A stretch of 63,974 nucleotides of DNA, filler included, from GCA_964501035.1; 7 parts of 7 records of this genome joined end to end with filler, not necessarily neighbours in it; one strand, 5' to 3'. Shown: positions 10,511 through 20,340, numbered from the whole stretch's first letter. The notes: generated from the letters alone by a model not told the origin. Made by a program: numbers and translations.

Positions 10511-10532
10511 CGTATTGTTACAAAATTGAACT

Positions 10533-10632
10533 NNNNNNNNNNNNNNNNNNNNNNNNNNNNNNNNNNNNNNNNNNNNTTAATTAATTAANNNNNNNNNNNN
10601 NNNNNNNNNNNNNNNNNNNNNNNNNNNNNNNN
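10533..10632. other. Artificial contig spacer
   Basis: N44-TTAATTAATTAA-N44, stops in all six frames. Confidence 0.99.
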
Positions 10633-11613
10633 GTGGAAAACAGTATTGAGCCACATACAGGTGCAAAAATAATCAGCTTATATGGTAAGCATAAAATCCC
10701 ATCGAAAGAGGATATGCAAAATCTTGACATTCTTGTATTTGATATTCAAGATATTGGATCACGGTATTATACGTACATTAGCACTATGACAAACTGCATG
10801 TGGGCATCAGCTGAATATGGTATCCCATTTTTAGTTTTAGACAGACCCAATCCGATTAATGGAATTACGGTTAGTGGGCCAATACTAGAACCTGATTTTA
10901 GCTCATTTGTTGGGATGCATCCCATTCCAATTCGCCATGGGCTTACAGTTGGTGAGTTAGCTGTTATGATAAATGATAATCATTGGCATCATAAAACTAA
11001 ACCAGTAGATTTAACCATTGTGGGGTGTTTTAATTGGAAACGAAGTAATATTTCTCCTGACAATGCAACCGATTGGATTCCACCATCACCTAATATTCCC
11101 AATTTTGAAACTGCGTTAGCTTATGTCGGAACATGTTTACTTGAAGGAACAAATATAAGTGAAGGACGGGGAACTGATGCTCCTTTTTTAACTTTTGGCG
11201 CACCCTTTATTTTAAAAGAAGATACCCTTAAATTATTAAAATCACTTTCAGGAAATGGGTATGATATTGCACCATATTCGTTTATTCCAATTTCAATCGC
11301 AGGTAAATCAAAATATCCAAAATATAAGGATACATACTGTAACGGATTTCAAATTAATATTACTCAACCTCAAATGTTTGAACCATTTCAGCTTGGTATT
11401 AAAATTATTGATGTAATTCGCACAACCTATCCAGAAGATTTTGAATTTTTAGATACACATTTTATAGATAAGCTTATAGGTACAGATGAGTTTAGGTTGT
11501 TAATTAAGAATAATTCTAGTCTTCCCAAATTAATTGAATCATGGGATATTCAATCTGAAAATTTTATAGAATTTAGAAAACCTTATTTATTATACCCACT
11601 TGGAGAAAATTAA
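10633..11613 (+). CDS. namZ: Exo-beta-N-acetylmuramidase NamZ (DUF1343), 5'-truncated
   Basis: SLYG, FDIQDIGSRYYTY, LDRPNP, RHGLTVGELA, WIPPSPNIP, EGTNISEGRGT motifs. Confidence 0.9.
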   Translation: MENSIEPHTGAKIISLYGKHKIPSKEDMQNLDILVFDIQDIGSRYYTYISTMTNCMWASAEYGIPFLVLDRPNPINGITVSGPILEPDFSSFVGMHPIPIRHGLTVGELAVMINDNHWHHKTKPVDLTIVGCFNWKRSNISPDNATDWIPPSPNIPNFETALAYVGTCLLEGTNISEGRGTDAPFLTFGAPFILKEDTLKLLKSLSGNGYDIAPYSFIPISIAGKSKYPKYKDTYCNGFQINITQPQMFEPFQLGIKIIDVIRTTYPEDFEFLDTHFIDKLIGTDEFRLLIKNNSSLPKLIESWDIQSENFIEFRKPYLLYPLGEN

Positions 11614-13322
11614 TGGAAAATGTCACACAACTTGATTGGATTTTAATTGGAGTTTATACATTCTTTATGATTGGCGTTGGTTTAGTCATGAAGAAACGAG
11701 CAGACAAAGGGATTGAGCATTACTTTACGGGTGGTCGTGATATTCCGTGGTGGTTAGCAGGAATTTCAATGGTAGCAACAACATTTGCAGCCGATACTCC
11801 ACTTGCTGTTACAGGAATAGTTGCTTCTGACGGTATAGCAGGCAATTGGATATGGTGGAATTTTATGTTAAGTGGGATGTTCACGGTATTTTTATATGCT
11901 AAAATGTGGCATAGAGCCGGTGTTACAACGGATGTTGAATTTATTGAAATTCGTTATGGTGGTACGCCTGCAAAAATTTTGAGAGGATTTCGTGCTTTGT
12001 ATTTAGCATTCCCAATTAATTGTTTGATTCTAGGGTGGGTAACCGTTGGAATGGCAAAAGTGATAACGGTTGTAACAGGTGCTCCTCAATGGCAAGTTAT
12101 TTTACTTCTTTATGTCTTGACCACAATTTACATAGCAGTTTCGGGTATTTGGGGCGTGGTTGTAACAGATTTTATTCAGTTTTTTGTAGCTATGACTGGA
12201 TCTCTTATACTTATGTTCTATGCTGTTGACTTTGTGGGTGGAGTTCAAGGATTAAAAGATGGGTTATCACAATTGTTTGGTTCACAACATCATTACTTAG
12301 ATTTCTCACCAATTGGACATCCAACCATCCTTATAAGTACTGCACTTGTTTGGATTGGAATGCAATGGTGGGCATCGTGGTATCCTGGTGCAGAACCCGG
12401 TGGAGGAGGGTATATTGCTCAAAGGATGTTTTCTACACCCACAAATAAAGATGCCGTTAAATCTACATTGTTTTTTAATATTGCACATTATGCATTACGC
12501 CCATGGCCATGGATAATTGTTGCATTAGTATCCCTTATTGTTTTTCCTGATTTAGATGACCATGAAATTGGTTATCCATTACTGATGATAAAATTACTTC
12601 CATCTGGGTTGCTTGGCTTATTGTTAGTTGCATTTTTATCTGCATTTATGTCCACAGTGTCCACACATTTGAATTGGGGTGCTTCCTATGTAGTTAACGA
12701 CTTTTATGCTCGATTTCTTAAACCCAAATCAGAATTTTCATCAGAACAATCTGCACAATCTCATTATGTGTTCGTTTCCCGAATTGCAACAATCGTCATG
12801 ATGGGGAGTGCAATTACGGTATCCTACTTCTTTGATTCTGTTAAAGGAGGGTGGGAGTTCATGTTAAGTTTGGGTGCAGGTACTGGACTCGTTTATATGC
12901 TCCGATGGTATTGGTGGCGAATAAATGCATGGTCAGAAATTTCGGCAATGAGCATGGCTTTTATTGGTAGTTTGCTTGCAAAACCATTGGGCTTTACATC
13001 CTTTGACCAAAAAATGATATTCACAACTGTGTTAACCACTATTACATGGTTAATTGTAACATATTTAACCCAACCTGAAAAAGATGAGCTTTTGCAATCA
13101 TTTGTTAGCAAAGTGAAACCTGCAGGACCGGGATGGAAACATTTTTCTAATGGTGATTCAGTTTCGATTCTACCAAGCTTAGTTAATGTATGTTTGGGTA
13201 CAGTGGTAGTATTGAGTTTTCTATTTGGAATTGGTTCACTAATTTTATGGAATTTCATCTACGGGATTGGACTTATATTAGCGGGTTTAATTATTACTGC
13301 ATTACTACTAAAACGAATATAG
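11613..13322 (+). CDS. Sodium:solute symporter family transporter
   Basis: YFTGGRDIPWWLAGISMVATTFAADTP, YIAQRMFS, AFMSTVSTHLNWGASY motifs; many TM helices. Confidence 0.92.
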   Translation: MENVTQLDWILIGVYTFFMIGVGLVMKKRADKGIEHYFTGGRDIPWWLAGISMVATTFAADTPLAVTGIVASDGIAGNWIWWNFMLSGMFTVFLYAKMWHRAGVTTDVEFIEIRYGGTPAKILRGFRALYLAFPINCLILGWVTVGMAKVITVVTGAPQWQVILLLYVLTTIYIAVSGIWGVVVTDFIQFFVAMTGSLILMFYAVDFVGGVQGLKDGLSQLFGSQHHYLDFSPIGHPTILISTALVWIGMQWWASWYPGAEPGGGGYIAQRMFSTPTNKDAVKSTLFFNIAHYALRPWPWIIVALVSLIVFPDLDDHEIGYPLLMIKLLPSGLLGLLLVAFLSAFMSTVSTHLNWGASYVVNDFYARFLKPKSEFSSEQSAQSHYVFVSRIATIVMMGSAITVSYFFDSVKGGWEFMLSLGAGTGLVYMLRWYWWRINAWSEISAMSMAFIGSLLAKPLGFTSFDQKMIFTTVLTTITWLIVTYLTQPEKDELLQSFVSKVKPAGPGWKHFSNGDSVSILPSLVNVCLGTVVVLSFLFGIGSLILWNFIYGIGLILAGLIITALLLKRI

Positions 13323-13331
13323 AAAGAGTAT

Positions 13332-14678
13332 ATGAACCAACCTTATAGTAAAAAAACCATATTTTCATGGTCGATGTACGATTTTGCAAACCAACCATTT
13401 ACCACTCTTGTAGTAACATTTGTCTATGGTACATTTTTCACAAAAATGATTGCAGAGAATGAAATTGTTGGTACTGCACTTTGGTCGCGTGGTATTACAA
13501 TCACTGGAATTATTGTTGCAATATTATCACCTATTATGGGAGCAATTGCCGATAGAGGAGGATTTAGAAAATTATTTTTAATATTATGGACTTGGGCATC
13601 TGTTATTGGAAGTTTTATGTTATATTTTGTGCTTCCAGGTCAAGTAGGGTTAGCTTTAGTTTGGTTTGTTTTAGGAAATATTGGTTTTGAAATGGGTGGT
13701 GTGTTTTGCAATGCATACTTACCAGATATTGCTCCGAAAGAGAAAATAGGGCGTGTGTCTGGATATGGATGGTCATTTGGTTATGTTGGTGGGTTACTTG
13801 CCCTTGCGCTTGCTTGGTTATTTTTAATTAACCCTGAGGTTCCTGCTTTTGGCTTTTCAACGGAATTAGGTGAAAATATTAGAGCAACAAATTTGATGGT
13901 AGCTATTTGGTTTGCAGTTTTTAGTATTCCAACATTTTTGTTTGTCCGCGAAGGTAAACATAGGATAAGTGAAAAGGGTACTATTATTTCATCATCTTTT
14001 GGACAGTTAAAAACAACGTTTTCTGAAATCAGAAAGTATGATCAATTGGTGAAATTTTTGATAGCACGTTTATTTTACAATGATGGATTAATAACAATAT
14101 TTGCGTTTGGTGGTATATATGCAGCAGGCACATTTGGCTTTACATTTAATGAAATATTTATTTTTGGTATTGTTTTAAATATTACAGCTGGAATAGGTGC
14201 ATTTACTTTAGGATTTGTCGATGATATACTAGGCGGAAAACGTACAATCCAATTAAGTAATTATGGCTTGATAATTGCCTGTGTTATTGCAGTAATTGTT
14301 CCCAATCGCGATTTGTTTTTAATGCAGATGTTAGGAACTGAGTTACTTATAACCGGTAAGGGTATGTTTTGGTTAGCTGGAATAATGATTGGAATATTCT
14401 CAGGTCCCAATCAATCTGCAAGCCGTTCACTTATGGCACGATTTATTCCGAAAAATAAAGAAAATGAATTTTTCGGATTCTTTGCTTTTTCTGGTAAAGC
14501 TACTGCATTTATGGGACCCTTTTTGCTCGGTATTTGTACTGAATTGTTTGGTTCTCAACGGTTTGGAGTAGGAATTGTTGGCGTGTTTTTAATTATTGGA
14601 GCTATCCTGCTTAATAGAGTTAAAGAGACCGAAGGGATAGCCGTCGCTTCAAAAGAATCGCTATCAGTATCAATATAG
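13332..14678 (+). CDS. MFS transporter (UMF1/Atg22-like)
   Basis: SWSMYDFANQPF, GRVSGYGWSFGYVGG, QSASRSLMARF, EFFGFFA motifs. Confidence 0.9.
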   Translation: MNQPYSKKTIFSWSMYDFANQPFTTLVVTFVYGTFFTKMIAENEIVGTALWSRGITITGIIVAILSPIMGAIADRGGFRKLFLILWTWASVIGSFMLYFVLPGQVGLALVWFVLGNIGFEMGGVFCNAYLPDIAPKEKIGRVSGYGWSFGYVGGLLALALAWLFLINPEVPAFGFSTELGENIRATNLMVAIWFAVFSIPTFLFVREGKHRISEKGTIISSSFGQLKTTFSEIRKYDQLVKFLIARLFYNDGLITIFAFGGIYAAGTFGFTFNEIFIFGIVLNITAGIGAFTLGFVDDILGGKRTIQLSNYGLIIACVIAVIVPNRDLFLMQMLGTELLITGKGMFWLAGIMIGIFSGPNQSASRSLMARFIPKNKENEFFGFFAFSGKATAFMGPFLLGICTELFGSQRFGVGIVGVFLIIGAILLNRVKETEGIAVASKESLSVSI

Positions 14679-14848
14679 CGTAGTGTAAGTGCAGAATAAC
14701 GCAATATGTTGTGCTGTTTAACTAAAGTTAGTCCTCTTGTAATCTAATTACACTTACATCAATCACTTAATAAAATACTTTAAGTAATACTTGCATTGGA
14801 TTTACTTCAATATCTAAGTTATATCATTAATTAGAGTGGAGTTGTTAG

Positions 14849-15175
14849 TTGAAACAAATTTTTGGTTTCTTTATAATTATTTTACTTTTTGTCGCATTCA
14901 GCGCACGAAACATTGTTTACCCCGATTTAACTCAAGTAGTTGTAACCATTCCGGAATTAACTTCAATTGATACACAGAATTGTTTGGAAAAAGAGTTCGT
15001 AAAATTGGGTGGAGTAAAACATTGTGACACATCATTAAAAACAAAAACGCTTGTTCTAAAACTAGATGAACACAAAGTAGGAAAGAATGAGATTATAAAT
15101 GTTCTGCAAAAATGGGGATGTTCCTTTCAAAATATGTCCTTTTCTAAGTTAAATTTAGCACCTAATAAAGGATAG
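14849..15175 (+). CDS. Small exported protein, HMA-like fold without CxxC
   Basis: N-terminal hydrophobic segment; LGGV...SLKTKTLVL...EIINVLQKWG pattern; TTG start after GGAG. Confidence 0.6.
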   Translation: MKQIFGFFIIILLFVAFSARNIVYPDLTQVVVTIPELTSIDTQNCLEKEFVKLGGVKHCDTSLKTKTLVLKLDEHKVGKNEIINVLQKWGCSFQNMSFSKLNLAPNKG

Positions 15176-15180
15176 AAATT

Positions 15181-16224
15181 ATGAGATTCAAATTAACTCT
15201 AGTAGCAATCGCAGGGTTGCTAGTAATAACTTCGTGTACTAAAACTTATAATCCAAGATTGATTAATGATACACAGCTTACGTATGATGGTGATAATGGT
15301 GAAGCATATTTTTCATTTGATGGAACGAAATTGATTTTTCAATCCAAAAGAAATGGAAATGAATGTGACAAAATTTATACCATGAATGTTGATGGCACCG
15401 ATATGAAGCAAGTATCTACAAATGAAGGAGCACATACTTGCTCATATTGGTCTAAAGATGATGATTTTATTTTGTATTCATCTACAAAACACGATGGTGC
15501 TGATTGTCCATCTGTTTTTAAACCAAAAGATCCTACAAAGTATGTGTGGCCATTACGTAACTTCGACATATATAAAGCGAATCCTGATGGAAGCGACATC
15601 GTTCGTCTAACAAACAATAATTCCTATGATGCTGAGGCTACTGTGCACCCCACTGAAAATATGATTATTTATACCGCTTGGCAAAATGGTGATATTGATT
15701 TATATGAAATGGATTATGATGGAAAAAATATTAAACGAATTACAACTGAATATGGGTATGATGGAGCAGCCTACTATTCTCCAAATGGAAAGAAGATAGT
15801 ATGGCGTGCTTGGTATCCACAAACTACAGCGGATACACTTCAATGGCAAGCAAATATGAAAGGCAAATATATTGAGGCGGTACCACTTGATATTTATGTA
15901 GCTGATAGGGATGCAAGTAATAAGGTTCGTTTAACCAATAATGGTGCAACAAATTGGGCTCCTTCATGGCATCCAGATGGAAAACGAATTGTGTTTTCTT
16001 CCAATATGGATGATTGGAATGAGGAATATGACTCTTTTGGACATAACTTTGAGTTATACATCATTAATGTAGATGGCACAAACTTAACGCGTTTAACCAA
16101 TAATAATACATTTGATTCATTTCCTATGTTTTCACCAGATGGACAGAAATTAGTATATGGAACCAACAGAGGGTCTGATAATCCACGTCAAACCAATGTA
16201 TATATATCAGATTATATTGAATAG
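15181..16224 (+). CDS. TolB-like PD40-repeat lipoprotein
   Basis: Lipobox (ITSC); repeated SPDG/HPDG/SPNG-x-IV and RLTNN motifs. Confidence 0.88.
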   Translation: MRFKLTLVAIAGLLVITSCTKTYNPRLINDTQLTYDGDNGEAYFSFDGTKLIFQSKRNGNECDKIYTMNVDGTDMKQVSTNEGAHTCSYWSKDDDFILYSSTKHDGADCPSVFKPKDPTKYVWPLRNFDIYKANPDGSDIVRLTNNNSYDAEATVHPTENMIIYTAWQNGDIDLYEMDYDGKNIKRITTEYGYDGAAYYSPNGKKIVWRAWYPQTTADTLQWQANMKGKYIEAVPLDIYVADRDASNKVRLTNNGATNWAPSWHPDGKRIVFSSNMDDWNEEYDSFGHNFELYIINVDGTNLTRLTNNNTFDSFPMFSPDGQKLVYGTNRGSDNPRQTNVYISDYIE

Positions 16225-16241
16225 TAAGATATTAGATATAT

Positions 16242-16274
16242 AAAAAAAGCCCAGTATTTCTCTGGGCTTCTTTT
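16242..16274. terminator. Bidirectional intrinsic terminator
   Basis: A-run, AGCCCAG/CTGGGCT stem, T-rich tail, between convergent genes. Confidence 0.75.
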
Positions 16275-16291
16275 ATCTTAATTACAATATT

Positions 16292-17851
16292 TTAGAATAC
16301 TCGACTTCTATAGTCTTCAATTTCAATATTCTTTTTTTCATGAGAGAGCCATGTATTAAAAACTTTAGAATTTTTACCATTTAGCAATTCAATCCTAAGT
16401 GCTTCAGCTTCTTCTTCAAATTTTGTTTCATCTAATTCATCTTTAGAAACCATATTGATTTTTACAATACTGCTAAAAGTTTCAATTATACTTGAAATAT
16501 CTTTTGCTTGCATAGCTTTTAAGGTGCCAGTCAATGCATTACTTTTACCTATTGCTGTAAAACTACCACCTATGTTTTTGGTATCATTTTTAACATACTC
16601 AACAAAATCAGTTGAACTAGCATATGATTCCCATTCAGTTGGATTAGATGGTACAGATTCCATAATTGTTAAAGCATGGTCTGTTTTCTTTTCTTTGAGT
16701 AATGTTCGCTTAATTCCACTTTCAACCTGTGCCATATCTTTGTAACCTGCTGGTGTATAGCCAATTATGTGAAATACAGCAATTCCATTATCCATTGTAA
16801 TGGGGTCAGAGACATCACCAATTGAATTATCAAATGCAAATCGTACGGCTTGACGAGAAACACCCAAGTTGAATGGAATTCCAGAATTATTTGCAAATCC
16901 TTCAACAATATTGAGAGTGTCTTGTACTTTAATCTCAAACATTTCGATAGCTTCAGTGAAACTTGAATAGTCGGCTTCATCTACAAATAGAAGAGAGTTT
17001 TGCATAATTGAATCTTGGATTGTTGAAATATTTAAAGAATCAACATCGTCAGATTTTGGATATTCCCAGTACACATACTCTACAACTTGACTTTCATCAG
17101 TTGTATATAACTCATCCTTATCTTCATTGTATTTTGCTAAAATTTCATCATCATTCACTTCTACCAAAGAGTCTGGAATACTATTCGAATTAATATGTAG
17201 AAAATCAATTGTGCAATTCACATTTCGTTTAGTATACTCTTCTTTCACTTCAATATCTGAAACAGATGCAGTATTATTATACAGACTTCGTAGTTTTCTA
17301 TCTGCCAAATATGTACGTAAATAGTTTTCCCATAAAACCAGTAAAGAAGAAAGTTCTTCCGGAAGCAAACCATTTTTAACAGCCTCTTGATATGTTGGCA
17401 TATCAAATGATTCATCATCATTAATGAAAAATCCAGCTGACTTTAAATTTTCTTGAAATGCACTTGGTGGTGTAAGTAAAAGAAAATCATAAATTTCATC
17501 ATTTTCAACAGTTAAGCCAAGTTCTTCAATTTTTTTATCTTTAATTACACGTTCGACAATTGTATTCCAAGCAAAATCACTTGCATTTTGGTATGCACGG
17601 CTATCTAGCTTTCTATCTTGGTTTCGATATTGATTCAATTGACGTTCTCGTTCATTGATAAAACGTTGTCGAGGAATCTCAGAGTCTCCAACCTTTCCAA
17701 TATACAGACTTGTGTTTGTACGTCCCATAATAATATCCATTATATTTGCACCACCAACCAGTCCACCTACTACCATACTGAGTAAGAAAAACGTTAACAA
17801 TATCCATAAAACAATATGAGATCTCTCTCTAATTTGTGTCATATTAAACAC
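16292..17851 (-). CDS. ppiD: PpiD/SurA_N-domain periplasmic chaperone
   Basis: MTQIRE plus TM anchor, IGKVGDSEI, LGLTVENDEI, YNEDKDELY, C-terminal IEDYR. Confidence 0.75.
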   Translation of the reverse strand: MFNMTQIRERSHIVLWILLTFFLLSMVVGGLVGGANIMDIIMGRTNTSLYIGKVGDSEIPRQRFINERERQLNQYRNQDRKLDSRAYQNASDFAWNTIVERVIKDKKIEELGLTVENDEIYDFLLLTPPSAFQENLKSAGFFINDDESFDMPTYQEAVKNGLLPEELSSLLVLWENYLRTYLADRKLRSLYNNTASVSDIEVKEEYTKRNVNCTIDFLHINSNSIPDSLVEVNDDEILAKYNEDKDELYTTDESQVVEYVYWEYPKSDDVDSLNISTIQDSIMQNSLLFVDEADYSSFTEAIEMFEIKVQDTLNIVEGFANNSGIPFNLGVSRQAVRFAFDNSIGDVSDPITMDNGIAVFHIIGYTPAGYKDMAQVESGIKRTLLKEKKTDHALTIMESVPSNPTEWESYASSTDFVEYVKNDTKNIGGSFTAIGKSNALTGTLKAMQAKDISSIIETFSSIVKINMVSKDELDETKFEEEAEALRIELLNGKNSKVFNTWLSHEKKNIEIEDYRSRVF

Positions 17852-17902
17852 AGCAATTCTCCAAATTTAATTATAGTTATGTGAAGGAAAAACTCCTTCG
17901 GG

Positions 17903-17975
<73 letters not shown>

Positions 17976-17991
17976 GAAAATATAAGCACCA

Positions 17992-18020
17992 AATTTATTT
18001 TTTTTAGAGGGTATTGTCAA
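17992..18020 (-). promoter_or_regulatory. Sigma70-type promoter of tRNA-Ala
   Basis: TTGACA-17 nt-TAAATT on the minus strand, just upstream of the tRNA. Confidence 0.7.
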
Positions 18021-18096
18021 AGTAAAAACCACAATAATAAAATAATAAATTTCTAAAAGGATTGAATAAGATGAATTATTTCTGATAAATTTAAGG

Positions 18097-18594
18097 ATGA
18101 AATTACCTGTAAAACAGATAATTATCCTCATAAGCATATCTACTTTGTTAGGATTTTTGCGTTTTCTTTTACTAGATAATCCAGATTTTACTCTTATAAA
18201 AATTGAACGAGAGTTAAAAACAGGTTTAATGGAGAAATATGCAGATTTTGAAATACCTGATATGTTAACCGAACCTATGTTAGTTAATTCTGAAATTGCA
18301 TTTAATTTATACTCAACCAATAGAGCATTGTTAATTGATGCACGAGATAATGAAGAATTTCAAATTAAACACATCAAAAATGCTATTAATATTCCTTATG
18401 ATTATTATGAAGAGTATCAAAATGTCATAGATAGTTTAGATATGGATTTTGCATATATCGTGTACTGCAGTGGGGGAGAATGTAGTTTGAGTTTGGATTT
18501 AGCAGACTATCTATTTGAGTATGGATTTTTTAATATGTTTGTATATGAGGGTGGTTTGCCTGAATGGGAAGAAAACGGATATCCAGTCGAATGA
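18097..18594 (+). CDS. Membrane-anchored rhodanese-domain protein
   Basis: LIDAR..EF...HIKNAINIP, active-site loop YCSGGECSLS, YEGGLPEW...GYPVE. Confidence 0.9.
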   Translation: MKLPVKQIIILISISTLLGFLRFLLLDNPDFTLIKIERELKTGLMEKYADFEIPDMLTEPMLVNSEIAFNLYSTNRALLIDARDNEEFQIKHIKNAINIPYDYYEEYQNVIDSLDMDFAYIVYCSGGECSLSLDLADYLFEYGFFNMFVYEGGLPEWEENGYPVE

Positions 18595-19043
18595 AGGCAC
18601 TATTTCAACACAAACATTATGTATTGTTATCACGTTTTATTCTTGGAGTCATTTTGATTTGGGCAAGCGTATATAAAATTGAAGACCCAGTAGCATTTGC
18701 CAAAATTGTTCATAACTACCATGTGTTTCCTGTGTTTTTAGAAAACCTCATTGCATTAATTGTACCGTGGTTAGAATTGATTCTTGGTGTCTGTTTATTA
18801 TTTGGGGTATTTTTGGACGGTGTATCTTACCTTTCAATTGCCATATTTATCTTATTTATTGTCATTTTATCACAAGCATATTTAAGAGGGATTGATTTAC
18901 ATTGTGGGTGTTTTTCATCAGATGTATCAGGCAAAGTTAATGATTTAAGAGCAGATATGCTAAAACGAATTTTGGAAGATATTGTATATTTAGGATGTGC
19001 AATAATAATCAAATATAGAAGTTGGTTTTTAAGGGATGTATGA
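18591..19043 (+). CDS. MauE/DoxX-family redox-associated membrane protein
   Basis: RFILG...KIEDP..FA, PWLELILG, RGIDLHCGCF. Start reassigned to ATG 18591, which overlaps the upstream TGA. Confidence 0.9.
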   Translation: MKALFQHKHYVLLSRFILGVILIWASVYKIEDPVAFAKIVHNYHVFPVFLENLIALIVPWLELILGVCLLFGVFLDGVSYLSIAIFILFIVILSQAYLRGIDLHCGCFSSDVSGKVNDLRADMLKRILEDIVYLGCAIIIKYRSWFLRDV

Positions 19044-20173
19044 GAAAAATTAGTTATTTATTTTTGTGTTTGTTTTTACTAAATACTGCACAAGCTAAAG
19101 ACGGAATTGTAAATTATTTTAAATTGTTTGGTTCTACCAATGTTCATGGTGAAACCGAACCGTGTGGCTGAAAAAAGAAACCTTTGGGCGGTCTTGCCCG
19201 AAAAGCTACCATTATTGATGAAGCCAGAAAAGATGGCTCTGAAGTGGTCATTGTTGATGCTGGTAATCTATTCTTCAAAAAAGAAAACATACCACCCGGT
19301 GTTACAACAGAAATAGCAAAAATAAGTGCAAATACAATTGTTGAATCTTTCAATATTATTGGTTGTGATGCATTTTCACCTGGATCCAAAGATTTTGCTG
19401 GTGGGTTGAAATTCTTAAAAGAATTGGAAGCTAAATCAGATTTTCCGTTTGTATCTTCGAATATTTTGGATACAAATAATACCAATATTTTTGACTCATA
19501 TACTATTGTTTCTAAAGGTGGGATATCAGCAGGATTTATTGGCGCGTCATCTATTTTCTCACATGCTGATTTAAATGTAAGTGAACCTATTGAAGCGATA
19601 GCGAATTCTGTACAAGCATTGACAGGAAATGTAGATATGATTATTTTACTTTTTGATGCCACTGAACAGGATATGAGACGGTTATACGAAAAGAAGTTAA
19701 ACATTGATTTAATTTTAAGAAGCAAATCCAAAAAACGATCCAGAGATGGAGGAAGCAAAATTCCAACATATACTGCAGGTGATAGAGGAAAGTACTTGTA
19801 TCAGTTTGATGTGCAAATGAAAACTAGTGGACAGAAATTTACTGATTTATCCGCATTTAAAAATAAACGAGATCATGCACATAAACGATTGAATTCGATG
19901 CGAAAAGGAAACCTTATGGTTGATTTACGTGAAATGTATGCAGATGATGTGACAACCATAAAAAAGATTGAGAATTATGAACGTCAAATTGATATTGCAG
20001 AACGTACATTATCAGATGCTATTAATACTATTAAATTTACAAAACATGAGCTAGGTAAAAAGATAATTGACAGACCAGATGTTTTGTTAATAGTAGATTC
20101 TGGAAAGCATAAAATTGCTGAAATTTCTACACCGCAATTACCACCGCATAATCATAAAAACCATTCGCATTAA
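19040..20173 (+). CDS. UshA/5'-nucleotidase-fold-like selenoprotein (377 aa; Sec at codon 44, TGA 19169-19171)
   Basis: ATG 19040 gives MRKISYLFLCLFLLNTAQA (signal) ...STNVHGETEPCG-TGA-KKKPLGGLARKAT, in frame with ORF 19184..20173; SECIS-like hairpin follows. Confidence 0.87.
19183..19202 (+). promoter_or_regulatory. Putative bacterial SECIS element
   Basis: TTTGGGCG-GTCT-TGCCCGAA stem-loop; apical loop starts with G, 20 nt after the UGA. Confidence 0.7.
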
Positions 20174-20265
20174 TTTTAGTAATTTAATTAAAAAATGTGT
20201 TGGTATAAGTAGAATTAAATTTCTAAAATATGCTCCGCCGAGAGGCGAGGTTTTTATATAAGATT

Positions 20266-20338
20266 GCGAAAGTAGCTCAGCTGGTAGAGCATCACGTTGC
20301 CAACGTGAGGGTCGTCGGTTCGAATCCGATCTTTCGCT
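20266..20338 (+). tRNA. tRNA-Gly(GCC)
   Basis: Anticodon arm TCACG-TTGCCAA-CGTGA; T-arm GGTTCGAATCC. Confidence 0.97.
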
Positions 20339-20340
20339 CT

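Noticed and set aside
14684..14758. TGTAAGTG...CACTTACA inverted repeat suggesting a structured RNA
   Set aside because: Only 8 bp across a long loop in AT-rich DNA; no family features recognised.
19169..19171. UGA reassigned to Trp or Gly (alternative genetic code), or a simple nonsense mutation
   Set aside because: TGA ends many genes here (ATGA overlaps) and Trp is TGG. The CG-x context, adjacent hairpin and intact flanks favour Sec, although a pseudogene is not formally excluded.
19128..19758. ORFs 19128..19316 (+) and 19144..19758 (-)
   Set aside because: Shadow frames of the selenoprotein gene with no recognisable motifs.
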